A stretch of DNA of 64,000 nucleotides from a virus: IMG/VR virus record IMGVR_UViG_3300020183_000010; one strand, written 5' to 3'. The translations under genes were made by a program, and so were the position numbers. This document shows positions 50,029-60,986 of the stretch, one piece after another. How positions within the stretch are numbered: position 1 is the first letter of the stretch; every line of letters begins with the position of its first letter. The notes under the pieces were generated by a model. The model made no database searches. It was not told the DNA's origin and saw only the letters and a program-made list of their open reading frames with translations.

Positions 50029-51834
50029 CTAAGAATCAAGGAGTCCGTTTAAGAAAGTATAGTTTGATAGATCGCTAGTTTTATTTTGAGAGGCTTCCGT
50101 ATTTTCTGAAAGTCTATCTTCTATCATTTTTCTGAACTTTTCTGGGATGATATCATATAAATCCATAACGGTTTCTTGAAAATCCCCTCCATCAAAAACA
50201 CAATTTATGTTAACGAGTGTCATTGCTTCATCGTCTTTACCTATCTGACTAGAGAAACTCCCGTTTGGATTTATACCAAAGTTGGCTAGCTCGTGTATTC
50301 CGTTCTTGTTTGATGGGATTATTCTATAAGACCTAGTGTTTATTTTTAAATCGTAGCAGAATTTTTCTTTATTTTTAACAGTAAGTTTAACTCCGGGCTT
50401 CAATTTAGTGCTAGCTTCAGAGTGCTTAGTGTAAACAAACATCTCATCAAATAAATCTTCCGAATCTAATAATTTGTCCATTAACATTTCACCTTTGTGG
50501 TCTAACTCAAGTACTATTCTTGTGTTATCAACACCTAGCACTTCAACGATGAGTATTTCTAAAAATGCTTTAAATTCGTCTATTTCTATAACGTTGGATC
50601 TAAAAATACCAACTTGAAGTAAGCAAAAGAAGTCGCTTTCGTCTTCAAAAAATCTTTTATTTTTTATTGCGCTACTTGGCATTGGTGCAACTTTAAAAAT
50701 ATTTGCTACAGAATAATCACCTCCTCCACCACTAGCAGTATCTATTGAAATATAAAATTTCTGTCCATCCTTCTCAAATACTGATGTTGGGTCAAACTTA
50801 GGGTGCCATAATAAATTAGAATAATCTATAGGACTTTGTTCGAATGGGGATAATTCATGAAAAACAAATTGCTCTTCTGTGCTTTTTAATCTTTTTAATG
50901 TGTTAGAATCAAGTAAAAGTCTTGACGAAGAAAGAAACTGACACCCATATTCTTGATTAAAGTCCTCCTCAGACCCAAGAGCTGCGATTTCTTTTCTCTT
51001 CCATTCTTCATCTCTTCCCGGTACTTGCCACCATTCAACTCTAATCGGATTAAATTCGTTCTCACCCTCTACAGCTCCCTTGTAAATCTCAAAGAATTTA
51101 TTCATTCCATTTGGTGTGGATGTTATAATAACCCTCGAAATTTGTGAAGATGATATAGTGGGGTAAACAGATTTAAAGAACTGATTTATAAAGTTGGGGT
51201 TAATGTGTGCAAACTCATCCATGTATAACATGTGAATTGTATAACCGATTGAGGAAGTTTTAGTAGTTGTTTTAGCCATTATACGACATCCGTTGTCAAA
51301 CTTCATGGTCATTACATTGTAAACAACTAATCCAGGTTTTAAAAAGAAAGGAAGCCCCTTCATGATAACCTTAATCTTATCCATTAATTCAGCTGCTGTG
51401 TCTCCGATATTAGCCATAATCATGGCATTTTTTTCAAAATTAAATAGAAGATACCACAAAAGAAATATAGAAGAGGTAATTGTTTTTCCCGACTGTCTAG
51501 GGGAAACGAAAACATTTTTTCTGTGATATTGATACTGATTTAATATCTGAACCTGGTAATCTCTGAGCAATATTTGCCTAATCCCTTCATCAGTCATAAC
51601 GTGGCAGTATGTATTAGCAAAATATACTACATCCGCAGCACATTTTTGTATCTCTTCCAATTCCCATTCAGTGTATTCAAAAAGAATATTGCCCTTTCTT
51701 AATTCCGGATCATTCTCGTGGAACGGATTATCTACGTCCTTGTAATCTATACCGTTCTCTTCTGCATCATATACTAATTGGTCAACTTTCGCAGTGGACC
51801 AAAAATTACTGAATTTTTCTTCCTTAGCAGCCAT
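50029..51834 (-). CDS. terL: Terminase large subunit (gp17-like)
   Basis: LRDYQ, SPRQSGKT, YMDEFA, TSTPNG, QEYGCQF, IDTASGGGGDYS, KDDEAM. Confidence 0.95.
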   Translation of the reverse strand: MAAKEEKFSNFWSTAKVDQLVYDAEENGIDYKDVDNPFHENDPELRKGNILFEYTEWELEEIQKCAADVVYFANTYCHVMTDEGIRQILLRDYQVQILNQYQYHRKNVFVSPRQSGKTITSSIFLLWYLLFNFEKNAMIMANIGDTAAELMDKIKVIMKGLPFFLKPGLVVYNVMTMKFDNGCRIMAKTTTKTSSIGYTIHMLYMDEFAHINPNFINQFFKSVYPTISSSQISRVIITSTPNGMNKFFEIYKGAVEGENEFNPIRVEWWQVPGRDEEWKRKEIAALGSEEDFNQEYGCQFLSSSRLLLDSNTLKRLKSTEEQFVFHELSPFEQSPIDYSNLLWHPKFDPTSVFEKDGQKFYISIDTASGGGGDYSVANIFKVAPMPSSAIKNKRFFEDESDFFCLLQVGIFRSNVIEIDEFKAFLEILIVEVLGVDNTRIVLELDHKGEMLMDKLLDSEDLFDEMFVYTKHSEASTKLKPGVKLTVKNKEKFCYDLKINTRSYRIIPSNKNGIHELANFGINPNGSFSSQIGKDDEAMTLVNINCVFDGGDFQETVMDLYDIIPEKFRKMIEDRLSENTEASQNKTSDLSNYTFLNGLLDS

Positions 51835-51836
51835 AA

Positions 51837-52607
51837 TTATTCGAATATATCGTCGTCTAGTTCAAAATCAGAATCATCGTCGGATCCTCCTAATAGATCA
51901 GTTGTACCCCCGAATTTTGTTTTGGGGTTTATTAAGCTGTCGTCTGGAGTAACTATTTCGGCGTCTTTTATCATATTTCCATTCTTCATTACATTTTGAA
52001 GATTTTCCATAAGACTTCTTGTTCCTCTGGCTTTTAATAAATCCTCATTTTCTTTGGATTGTATTATGTTTCCATTCTCGTCAAACTGTATATCACCGCC
52101 ACCTCTTTTTATCTCCTCTCCCTCAGCTTTTAATTGTTTGTAATTTTTTTCCATCTGTGTCATATAGGATGAAAAATTCTTAGGCATTTGCATTATCTGA
52201 TTTTGTAGCTGTGCTAGAACCTCAAAAAGTCTTGGCTCAACTCTACCTGAATCTATCTCCTCTATTATTTTAGCTATGGCATGCTGTGCTGTCCTTATTT
52301 GGAAAGCCATAGTGGAAATACTCATAGCATCTATTTTCTGCTTGTGCTTTACATATGAATCTTCTGAGATATTATCAACATCATTATAAAATTTAGATAA
52401 AGATTCTAGTATAGCCCTAGCCTCCATTTCCACCTCACTTTTTACAGTGTCTATTTTTAGTTCTCTGTGAGCTTTTATAGGTGGAATATCTGGTGTACTT
52501 AGGCCAGAAAGCATCTCGTCTGCTAGTATAATACTGTCTAATTTATCCTTAAGGTTAAGTTCCTGCTCTTTGGATAAATTCGGTTTTTTTGGTTTTCTTC
52601 TTGGCAT
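51837..52607 (-). CDS. Terminase small subunit-like (gp16-like)
   Basis: Directly upstream of terL; EPRLFEVLAQL resembles the gp16 PRxYEV motif. Confidence 0.55.
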   Translation of the reverse strand: MPRRKPKKPNLSKEQELNLKDKLDSIILADEMLSGLSTPDIPPIKAHRELKIDTVKSEVEMEARAILESLSKFYNDVDNISEDSYVKHKQKIDAMSISTMAFQIRTAQHAIAKIIEEIDSGRVEPRLFEVLAQLQNQIMQMPKNFSSYMTQMEKNYKQLKAEGEEIKRGGGDIQFDENGNIIQSKENEDLLKARGTRSLMENLQNVMKNGNMIKDAEIVTPDDSLINPKTKFGGTTDLLGGSDDDSDFELDDDIFE

Positions 52608-52610
52608 AAA

Positions 52611-54800
52611 TTATCTGTTTCTGGCAACTTTTGGAAGTTTTAATACTGGCTTAGCATTATCTATTATAATAGCAAGCTGAGCATCCCCAACTATATTTTG
52701 ATTCAATAAAGTTGATTGTTTTTCCTCTTCTACCATTTGTTTAAAAAATCTATAATTAGTTGCCCATAATGGACACGATCTTGTTTTATATGAGTAATTA
52801 TTAGTCCCGTAAAATGGACTATCATAATTTTCCTCTATTACTGGAGGAATATTAAATGTATAAGCTTGATTAGTAACTCCATCAAGTGAATGGATTAAAC
52901 TTAAATCTGAAGTTTGTGTTGCTGGATTGTCAGGGTCATAAGTTAATCTCCAGACCTTAATTGAGTATTGTCTAAATATATTCGAGAAATTAAAAACGAA
53001 TCCGTACCAATCATCAGTAGTTGGTATAAACTCACCAAGAGTGCTAGATATACCAGATCCAAATGGGGAGTATATTTCTAGATCGTTTATTTTTATTCTA
53101 AAACTTCCAGTTTGAATATAGCTATTATCAACTGGGCTAGTAACAGCATTAGATCCACTCCATATAATATCTATTAGAATTCCTTGACCTCCATAATATC
53201 CGTCGAAAAGGGTTCTAGCCTGTGCTTTTTGAACTTTCCATCCCGCTGTTGTTGGAGGTGCAGGAGCTCCTTCGTCCTTTATTGTAAATCTAAACTGGTC
53301 ATCAACTGATATTAGTTCAAATCCTCCGGATCTTGTTCCGTCAGCTAGTATTGAAACAAAACCATTAGGGTTTTCTCCCATACTTAACTTATGTGGTAGT
53401 GGATAAGTACTATAAGTTATTTGTCCAGTTCCTATATTATCTATTGTAATAGGTAGCTTAGAAGCTGGTTTAGGAACTAATTTACTTCTGTCCAGGTAAT
53501 TCCTGATTCTAAACCAGCAAAGAAAAGATCTTTCCTCATTTTCTGTTAATATCGGATCTTCTTTCCATCTAACTGCGTCTCTTTCTATAACTAATAATGC
53601 AGGGGATGCTGGATCAACCTGAGCTTGTGAATCAATAAAAATTCTGTCTAAATCATAATAATTATTAAAAACTATAGTCCAGTTGTTATTAAGATCGTAT
53701 TCTATTATAGGAAGATCTTTATTTATGTAAGATCTTATCGGATCCTCTAGTCTTCTTTGTGATGTTATTGCATACTGCTGAGGTTTAGTTAGTTCTATTT
53801 CTTCATTTTTTACTTCCTCCCCAAATAGTTCTTTTGTGTTGACTGTATAATCCAATAAAGCAGATTCTGCCTGAGGATCTACAAATGTTGTATTTTTCTT
53901 GACCTCGTATTTAGTAAGTTGTATCTTAAAATATACTGGGTAATTATTTATGTCTCTAAAAACATACATAGAATCTATTTGATAAATTCTATTAGTAATT
54001 GGGAAATAAATTATGTCTCTTTTTCTTGGCTGAGAGCCTTTACCAAAGATGCTTTCGAAATATTTTCTATCTATGTGTATTTCAAATGGCTGATTAAAGT
54101 TTAATCCCCAAGAATCGAAAGTAAGAGCTGCATCCGGGAATTGGTTGTTTGGAACCATAACCTTAACACATTTTTCATCTACAACATTAAATAAGTTATA
54201 TTCCTTAAGCACAACATCTTTTCCCCTACCTTGTGGTTGTACAGAGTAATAAATAACCTCGTGTCCGAATACATTATTTACTATTTTGCTAAGATCCTGA
54301 TACATGTTTATGGATCTATTGATGTCATACGGTCTGAAGGTAAAATCACAATCGGAAAAAACTATCGGGTAATTGGTTAGTTCTTTACTACATAGAGGAG
54401 CTGGAGGATTTGTCATTAAATCCCTTGGATCAATTGTTTTATATTGTAGATCTAATTCAAAATCTAATAATACTATTGGAGGATTCAATGTGGTTCCTGG
54501 AGGATAATAAGGACTAGAATCCTCACTAGAAACTGCAGTTAATCTTATTTCTATCCAGAAAGGATTATCGGATGAAATAGGAATATCACCTATTGATTCT
54601 TGAGTTAGATGACTCCACAAAGACCAATTTGATCCATTGATGCTCCATCTATATTCAAGATAAAGATATGAGTGTGGAGGATTTTCTCCACTGGTATCTA
54701 TTACCCATCCATTAAAAGATTCTACGTTTCTGAATGGTTCTGACCAGGATATAATTCTATAATTCCCTATTGCAGAAAAATCTATTGGGCTATCTGCCAT
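52611..54800 (-). CDS. Neck protein (gp14-like) with extra N- and C-terminal domains
   Basis: FGHEVIYY, FEIHIDRKYF, PRKRDIIYFP...IYQI; GATATATA upstream. Confidence 0.65.
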   Translation of the reverse strand: MADSPIDFSAIGNYRIISWSEPFRNVESFNGWVIDTSGENPPHSYLYLEYRWSINGSNWSLWSHLTQESIGDIPISSDNPFWIEIRLTAVSSEDSSPYYPPGTTLNPPIVLLDFELDLQYKTIDPRDLMTNPPAPLCSKELTNYPIVFSDCDFTFRPYDINRSINMYQDLSKIVNNVFGHEVIYYSVQPQGRGKDVVLKEYNLFNVVDEKCVKVMVPNNQFPDAALTFDSWGLNFNQPFEIHIDRKYFESIFGKGSQPRKRDIIYFPITNRIYQIDSMYVFRDINNYPVYFKIQLTKYEVKKNTTFVDPQAESALLDYTVNTKELFGEEVKNEEIELTKPQQYAITSQRRLEDPIRSYINKDLPIIEYDLNNNWTIVFNNYYDLDRIFIDSQAQVDPASPALLVIERDAVRWKEDPILTENEERSFLCWFRIRNYLDRSKLVPKPASKLPITIDNIGTGQITYSTYPLPHKLSMGENPNGFVSILADGTRSGGFELISVDDQFRFTIKDEGAPAPPTTAGWKVQKAQARTLFDGYYGGQGILIDIIWSGSNAVTSPVDNSYIQTGSFRIKINDLEIYSPFGSGISSTLGEFIPTTDDWYGFVFNFSNIFRQYSIKVWRLTYDPDNPATQTSDLSLIHSLDGVTNQAYTFNIPPVIEENYDSPFYGTNNYSYKTRSCPLWATNYRFFKQMVEEEKQSTLLNQNIVGDAQLAIIIDNAKPVLKLPKVARNR

Positions 54801-54839
54801 TTTGGAGCAATGTTTTTAATATATATCAGAAAAAAGTAT

Positions 54840-55169
54840 ATGAAAAAATTTAGAGCTACTATGGAGAAGTTTAGTTTTGCACAACTTACTTCAAATGCAG
54901 ACGGTAAAACATCAGGAAGCGGTACTGCAGGTTTATACGTCGTTTTTATAGGAGGTATATGCTTTCTATTGGGATGTATAGATAAAATGTTCTTAGGAAA
55001 TAGCGTAGATATTCTTACACAATCTATAATATTCGTAACAATTGGAGCTACGCTATTAGGATATAGAAAATCTAAAGATTCTGGAATTACGGAGCTTGAA
55101 TCGGAAGAGGTAAAAGTTGAAGATATTAAGCCAGAAGAATACACAGAGGATCAGCCTCTAAATTCTTAA
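54840..55169 (+). CDS. Holin-like two-TM membrane protein
   Basis: GKTSGSG, then two hydrophobic helices and an acidic tail; the only plus-strand gene in the structural block. Confidence 0.5.
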   Translation: MKKFRATMEKFSFAQLTSNADGKTSGSGTAGLYVVFIGGICFLLGCIDKMFLGNSVDILTQSIIFVTIGATLLGYRKSKDSGITELESEEVKVEDIKPEEYTEDQPLNS

Positions 55170-56002
55170 GGATTAGACGGGGCTTCTCCAGTTGCACCAG
55201 TTGCACCTGTAATATCTTTTTTGATATCATATATTCCAAGACCAGATATTATTTTACTATTATCTGGAGGAGCTGTTCCTAATTCAACATTAAGTTTTAT
55301 TCCCCCCTGCATTAGATTTCCTCTAAATCTTTCAGTAGTTTGATCTATATCAGGTAGATAAGTTTCAAGTTCCATAGAGAAACTTAGAGTTATAGCTTCT
55401 CCCCTTTGTGATCCATATGACATCTGGAAATTGTTTGGCTGTTTATCGGGGGGAGCATCACCTAAACTAACTTGGACAGGAATTCTAAATCCTTTATAGT
55501 AAAAATAATAAACAAATCTTTTATAAATTATTTCAAGAACGCTTTGTTGTATTTTAAAAGCATCTAATGTTGTATCCGCTTTTATTTTTGCATTAATACT
55601 AATACCTAAAGGAATAGGATAGAAATATGATGAATAAGTAACCATTTCACTCCCGTGATCTTTTTCTATCTCCTTAGCGTAAGAACCTCTAACGAACTTA
55701 GTGGTAGCAGATCCAGTATCTATTCTTATAGCTCCCATTTCCAAAACACCTCTTGGTATTACATCATAGTTTCCTTCTGCAAAAGCAGGTTTACCGTCAC
55801 AATCTTCATAAGATAAATAAAAATCCTGTAGGAATGGCTCATCCCCTACCATAGAATAGAAGAACGGAATGTATATTTGAGATACATTCTGATCGTTATC
55901 TACTTGCTCGTAAGTTATAACCTCATTTAGTTTACTCAAAAGACCTATTATTATCCCTCTGAAAAAAACATCATCGGTATTATATTTTTCTAAAAAATTC
56001 AT
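55166..56002 (-). CDS. Tail completion/terminator (gp15-like)
   Basis: QIYIPFFY, IPRG, PIPLGISI, LSFSMELETYLP; next to the neck gene. Confidence 0.6.
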   Translation of the reverse strand: MNFLEKYNTDDVFFRGIIIGLLSKLNEVITYEQVDNDQNVSQIYIPFFYSMVGDEPFLQDFYLSYEDCDGKPAFAEGNYDVIPRGVLEMGAIRIDTGSATTKFVRGSYAKEIEKDHGSEMVTYSSYFYPIPLGISINAKIKADTTLDAFKIQQSVLEIIYKRFVYYFYYKGFRIPVQVSLGDAPPDKQPNNFQMSYGSQRGEAITLSFSMELETYLPDIDQTTERFRGNLMQGGIKLNVELGTAPPDNSKIISGLGIYDIKKDITGATGATGEAPSNP

Positions 56003-56436
56003 AATTGCGGGTTGTTATCTATTATGACTGATGTCTTATCTCTTATTATAGGTTTACTTCCGTACTGATATGGATCTTTATTTAGATCTATTACTCTTAT
56101 TTGAGATTGAATATAAATAGGAATCTCCCTCATTTTAAATCTAAGGGGTTGTTTTACAGAGTTTTTATAATCTGGATGATAAAAATCACCGGTAGCGTAT
56201 TCGAGGTCAGTTAGCTCTCTGCACTCATAAACAAAAGAAGTGTCAACAAATTTAAAGTATTTTTTAAGCTGAGAAATTCCATCTTTTTTGTTTACTGGCA
56301 CTTTAAATCTATAAACAAAGTATTCTTTTTGTGGTATATCATCAACTAATGAATCCCCTTTAACTACAAGAAAATAGTTAAAAGTAGGGGTGAGATTTCT
56401 TATTGATTCTGTTCCAGCTGGAAATATTTCTGCCAT
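55999..56436 (-). CDS. Hypothetical late protein
   Basis: 145-aa ORF; GATATATA at 56441. Confidence 0.65.
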   Translation of the reverse strand: MAEIFPAGTESIRNLTPTFNYFLVVKGDSLVDDIPQKEYFVYRFKVPVNKKDGISQLKKYFKFVDTSFVYECRELTDLEYATGDFYHPDYKNSVKQPLRFKMREIPIYIQSQIRVIDLNKDPYQYGSKPIIRDKTSVIIDNNPQL

Positions 56437-56448
56437 GTTTTATATATC

Positions 56449-58116
56449 CTATGACAATTTATCGAACGCAATATCAGAAAAATTATTCTTCTTCGATATC
56501 TCGATCTTATAATCGAATATCTCAGTAGGCATCGGTGCATGATTTATTACGAATATATTCATACTAAGATCATCGGAAAGCTTTCTCAAAGTAGTAAGTA
56601 TGCTGTGTACACCATCAGGATCTACCGAACTAAAGATCTCGTCTAGAAAAAGTATGTTTACTGACGAGAATCTAATCTTCATTAGTTTTATCACTGCAAT
56701 AAGTACCGCAAAATCAACTTTTTTCATTTCGCCAGTTGACAATGTCTGTGGAGATATTTCTTCCCCTAGATGGAATATTTGTGCATTAAATTCCTCATTA
56801 AAAACAACTTTATATGGAAGATGTAAAGAAAGGAGTGTATTCAATATCTCATTATTTAATGATGGAAGTATTGATTTTATAGCAAGTTGTTTTACTCCCT
56901 TTTCACTTAGTACATCATCTAGAGTTTTTATCCATCCCTGTTTTTCCTCAAATATTGACTTCTCTTGGTTAAAAGAAGTTAGATCATCATTAGCTTGAGA
57001 AAGAAGCTTCCTTATAGAATTAGCCTCGTCATTGTTTTTAGCTGTTTTAAGGTCCTTTATTTTATTTTGTAGGGTTTTTATACCAGTTTCTATTTTACTT
57101 CCTTTAGAGAAAAGATCGTTCTTCGTTTCTACTATTTTATTTTGTGCCCTTTTAGCTTCTTCATAATTCTCTTTTAGCTTTTTTAAATTATCCTGAGATT
57201 TTTCTTTTAACTTACAGAGATCATCGAATATCGATTTATGAAATTCAGTAGAAAGATCAGAAGTGCACGTTGGACACTTATCCTGGTTATATAGATTTAT
57301 TTTAGAATCCAGTTCTTTAATTTTAGAACCCAGATCGCTGTATTTTTCGTAAGCGTCTGTAACAGATTTATTAACCTGACTCTCTTTAGTTCTAAATGAC
57401 TTTATTTTTTCTGTGTGTAATTCTAATAGTGATTTATAATTGTCTAACTGCTCTTGTGTTTTTTCTATTTGTGTTCCAGAATTTTCAACAATTTTTTGTT
57501 GAAGCTCCTCTAGTTCTTTTTGCGATGCAGCTATAGATCTTCCCGTTGCAAATATCTCACCGGTTAATTGGTCTATCTGTGACTTAATACTCTTATTTTC
57601 CTCCTTCAGTATATCCCGCATTTCGTTCAGGATATAAAATCCAAATATCTTATCAATAATAAGCTTCTTATCTGCTGTGCTCATTTTCAGAAAGCTTTTA
57701 AAATCGTTTATCGATAAAGATATCGTATTATTAAAAACGTAGTAAGGTATCTTTAATATATCATCTGTTAGATAATCCTGCACATTATTTTTACCTGCTT
57801 GATCGTAGATATTACCATCTATAGATATTTGGAAATGTGAAGGCTCTAATCCCCTCTCAACCTCGTAAGTTTTACCATCCTGTTCGAAAGTTATTTTCAT
57901 CCAGGAATTTTTATTAGATCTGTTAGGTATGTCCTTTAATTTCTTTCCCTCTAGCTTTCCGTAAAGACCAAATGTTATAACATCTGATATAGTTGATTTG
58001 CCAACACCGTTCTCCCCAACAACTTGTATTAATCCTGCTTTTTCTGGTAATTCTAATCTTTGTATTTTATTACCATACGAGGCAACGTTTCTCCATTCAA
58101 TTTTCTTGATCTTCAT
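56449..58116 (-). CDS. Recombination exonuclease ATPase subunit (gp46/Rad50)
   Basis: GENGVGKS, CPTC zinc hook, LSTGE, FLDEIFSSVD, VINH. Confidence 0.93.
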   Translation of the reverse strand: MKIKKIEWRNVASYGNKIQRLELPEKAGLIQVVGENGVGKSTISDVITFGLYGKLEGKKLKDIPNRSNKNSWMKITFEQDGKTYEVERGLEPSHFQISIDGNIYDQAGKNNVQDYLTDDILKIPYYVFNNTISLSINDFKSFLKMSTADKKLIIDKIFGFYILNEMRDILKEENKSIKSQIDQLTGEIFATGRSIAASQKELEELQQKIVENSGTQIEKTQEQLDNYKSLLELHTEKIKSFRTKESQVNKSVTDAYEKYSDLGSKIKELDSKINLYNQDKCPTCTSDLSTEFHKSIFDDLCKLKEKSQDNLKKLKENYEEAKRAQNKIVETKNDLFSKGSKIETGIKTLQNKIKDLKTAKNNDEANSIRKLLSQANDDLTSFNQEKSIFEEKQGWIKTLDDVLSEKGVKQLAIKSILPSLNNEILNTLLSLHLPYKVVFNEEFNAQIFHLGEEISPQTLSTGEMKKVDFAVLIAVIKLMKIRFSSVNILFLDEIFSSVDPDGVHSILTTLRKLSDDLSMNIFVINHAPMPTEIFDYKIEISKKNNFSDIAFDKLS

Positions 58117-59209
58117 CTTCTTTAACTTGTACAGATATTTTATGTAGTAACTTTTCTATAGCATTATAGATTTTAGTTTTCTTCTCCTCCTCGTAGTTGC
58201 ATTTTTCTAGATATAATTTAGTGAGGTCAAGAATGGAAAAATTCTTACCTTCTAGATCATGAAATCCTTCATCAACTACTTCCTGGTCTGGATTTGTTAT
58301 TGGAGTAAATGATATTTTTAATGGAGGGTTAACATATTCTGTTAATAATCCTAATGGAGCTTTTACTGCTAATTCTGGATCGACTAATATGTCTATAAAA
58401 TTATTTATAAATATAGGATTAAGTTCATCGGGTGTAGAATTCAAGACTTTTTCAAAAGTCATCCTCACAAATCTCGGTGAATAATCATTGTCATAGTAAT
58501 CCTCATATCCAGTTTCTAAATCTAGAACAGTTATTCCCTTAGGATTATCTGTATCTGATCTAGTAAGCTGATAAGGAGAACCTAGCATTCTCATTTTACC
58601 AAAAGTCTGTGAATAGTGTATATGTCCAGAATATACCCTGTCAAATTTATCTATATCGGTGTATTCTAGTCCCTCGTCAATTCTAACAAACTTATTAAAC
58701 ATTAGGCCCTTTAAATCTGTATGACATAACATGTAATCGTGTGCATCTTTTACTGAATTTAATGTTTCTCTTTCAGCATCATGATCCTTTCTCCATGGCA
58801 TAAGAAAAACTTTCCTATCCCCCATTAAAATAGATTCAGGTTCTTCGTATATTTTTATTCTAGGTATCCATTTTAATGATTTAAGGGAATTAACCTCGTT
58901 GGTATTTTTTCCATAAATGTCATGGTTACCACATATTATAAAAATACCATCCTTAAATATTCCGGAGAGCTCTTCGAATATTTCTATACCAAGATTTAGA
59001 ACTCTAAGATTTAATGATTGTCTACTATCATAAACATCACCTAAATGAACAAGACAGTCCCCCGGCTTGTATATTCTTTTGCAAAGAGGTATAAACCAAT
59101 TCTTAAAATAATTTTCGTGTATTTCTATCCAATCATTAGAATTATTCCTAACCCCTAGATGGGTATCCGTAATAAATATTATTCTTTTAATATTTGGAAA
59201 TTTCTCCAT
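58097..59209 (-). CDS. Recombination nuclease subunit (gp47/Mre11)
   Basis: TDTHLG, LGDVYD, GNHD, SGHIH. Confidence 0.93.
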   Translation of the reverse strand: MEKFPNIKRIIFITDTHLGVRNNSNDWIEIHENYFKNWFIPLCKRIYKPGDCLVHLGDVYDSRQSLNLRVLNLGIEIFEELSGIFKDGIFIICGNHDIYGKNTNEVNSLKSLKWIPRIKIYEEPESILMGDRKVFLMPWRKDHDAERETLNSVKDAHDYMLCHTDLKGLMFNKFVRIDEGLEYTDIDKFDRVYSGHIHYSQTFGKMRMLGSPYQLTRSDTDNPKGITVLDLETGYEDYYDNDYSPRFVRMTFEKVLNSTPDELNPIFINNFIDILVDPELAVKAPLGLLTEYVNPPLKISFTPITNPDQEVVDEGFHDLEGKNFSILDLTKLYLEKCNYEEEKKTKIYNAIEKLLHKISVQVKEDEDQEN

Positions 59210-59682
59210 TAAAATATCTTTTTGATTCCTTTCTTACCTAAAATCCCGTATTTTTGGTCCATTTCTTGGACTATAAGCTCTTTATATTTCATGTGTATAG
59301 ATTCATAAGCTTTTTGATAATTTATTGCAGTATAGTCACAAATAGCAACAAATTTTTCAACCATACTAAATTCTGTTGACTCTAATTCTTTTAGTATATC
59401 TTGGAAGATAAGAGGTATAAGATCCTTCGGTATTTTTTTACTCGGACTTATTACTGTCCATCTTGATGCTTGAAATATCTCATCTATTTTATCGTTCAAA
59501 TTACAAGAATATATGTAATCCTCATCCTCGTATGTAACAACAGAATGTAAACTTCTGTAATCTAAGCTAGGATCTATCTCAAAATCTTCATCAGTTGATT
59601 CATCTTTTGTAGACTCTTCTAATTCCCCATCTATATTAGGGTCATCTTTTTCATCTTCGATCAGTTTTTTTTGCTTTTTCAT
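59209..59682 (-). CDS. Hypothetical protein; C-terminus weakly resembles gp33 late co-activator
   Basis: Acidic N-terminus, then SMVEKFVAICDY...YKELIVQE helical pattern. Confidence 0.35.
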   Translation of the reverse strand: MKKQKKLIEDEKDDPNIDGELEESTKDESTDEDFEIDPSLDYRSLHSVVTYEDEDYIYSCNLNDKIDEIFQASRWTVISPSKKIPKDLIPLIFQDILKELESTEFSMVEKFVAICDYTAINYQKAYESIHMKYKELIVQEMDQKYGILGKKGIKKIF

Positions 59683-60983
59683 TAATCATTCATTATTTGG
59701 GAATTAGGATCTTCTGAAATTCTCATATAGTTATAATCAACTAAAAATTTCTTATAGGAGTTTTTATACCCCTCGTCCCTATTTGCTAGTAGCTTTAGCT
59801 TATATTCATTATTTGTGTACATTAGTGGATCTTGTATAATCCCGAACATACCATCAACAGTAGCAACTAATCCGGATGATTCAGAAGCTGAATTCATACT
59901 TAGATCTGTAGCATCGAACTCACTTTGTTTAGTTTGTGTAGCAGTAACTATAGCCCAATGGTTCCTTTGTGCTGCTGCTCTTAAATCCTCCGCTATCTGT
60001 TTGATCTTCATGTATGTATTTTCAGAATTGGGATTTCTCCAGTTCTTCATAATGTTGATGTAGTCGATAATTACAATCTTAAATTTTATTCCTAAAATCT
60101 GTTCGACCTTAGTTAGCCAGTTTTCTACATCTATAGCAGATGCTTGTGATGTTGGAAATTCCTTAACTACTAATTCTCCAGGGGTTCTAAGATTTTCGAA
60201 AGCTAGATTTGTAATCTTCTTTTTTATTAGCGCATCATTTTCTGCACTATCCTTATATTCTGACATCCTTATACCCAATAGATTAGATCCTAATCTCTTC
60301 ATATATTTTCTGTCTCCTAATTCTAGAGTTATAATGGCCACGTTATTAGAAGCTCTGATTGCCTGAGTTGCTATATTACCAAGCCATAATGTTTTACCAA
60401 CTTTGGGTTGTCCTAGCAAAACATATAATCCCTTGGCGGAAAAACCTCCGCCTAAACAGAAATCTATATAGTCGTAACCACTTGAGAATGTTAGATTGCT
60501 CGGTTGTTTATGAGCTTCTGGATCTCTGAAATTAAGTCCCATATCAAAAGAAAAGTCGACCTTATTTCTGTCGACTACTATAGATTTATAGGTATTAATA
60601 ACATCCTTGATATTATCTGGTGTTACGTCAGTACTTCTTATATAGTTTATAGAATCAACTGCACTTTTTTCTAGTGTTTTCCATTCAATCCATGATTCTA
60701 CATTTTGTTGAAGCCATTCAACGTCATAATCCTCGAGATTTATCATCCACATAGAATCTAGCAAAGAATCGTGTAGCTTGTCATCTATTTTTAAAAGCTT
60801 AGCAGATTCCCTTACTTGTACCTTGCTGGGTATTTGTTGATACTTTTTCCAGAAAGATTTTATCACTTTAAATGCTTCCTGATAGTCTGTATTTTTAAAA
60901 AAGCTAATGTCAGTAGCATCTATATAAGCAGGGTTTTCTATTACTGCTCTAAACCAAATATTTTCTAAGTGTTGATTCTGCAT
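59682..60983 (-). CDS. Replicative helicase (gp41/DnaB-like)
   Basis: GQPKVGKT, ITLE, KEFPT, IDYINIM, IAEDLR, TATQT. Confidence 0.93.
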   Translation of the reverse strand: MQNQHLENIWFRAVIENPAYIDATDISFFKNTDYQEAFKVIKSFWKKYQQIPSKVQVRESAKLLKIDDKLHDSLLDSMWMINLEDYDVEWLQQNVESWIEWKTLEKSAVDSINYIRSTDVTPDNIKDVINTYKSIVVDRNKVDFSFDMGLNFRDPEAHKQPSNLTFSSGYDYIDFCLGGGFSAKGLYVLLGQPKVGKTLWLGNIATQAIRASNNVAIITLELGDRKYMKRLGSNLLGIRMSEYKDSAENDALIKKKITNLAFENLRTPGELVVKEFPTSQASAIDVENWLTKVEQILGIKFKIVIIDYINIMKNWRNPNSENTYMKIKQIAEDLRAAAQRNHWAIVTATQTKQSEFDATDLSMNSASESSGLVATVDGMFGIIQDPLMYTNNEYKLKLLANRDEGYKNSYKKFLVDYNYMRISEDPNSQIMND

Positions 60984-60986
60984 TTT

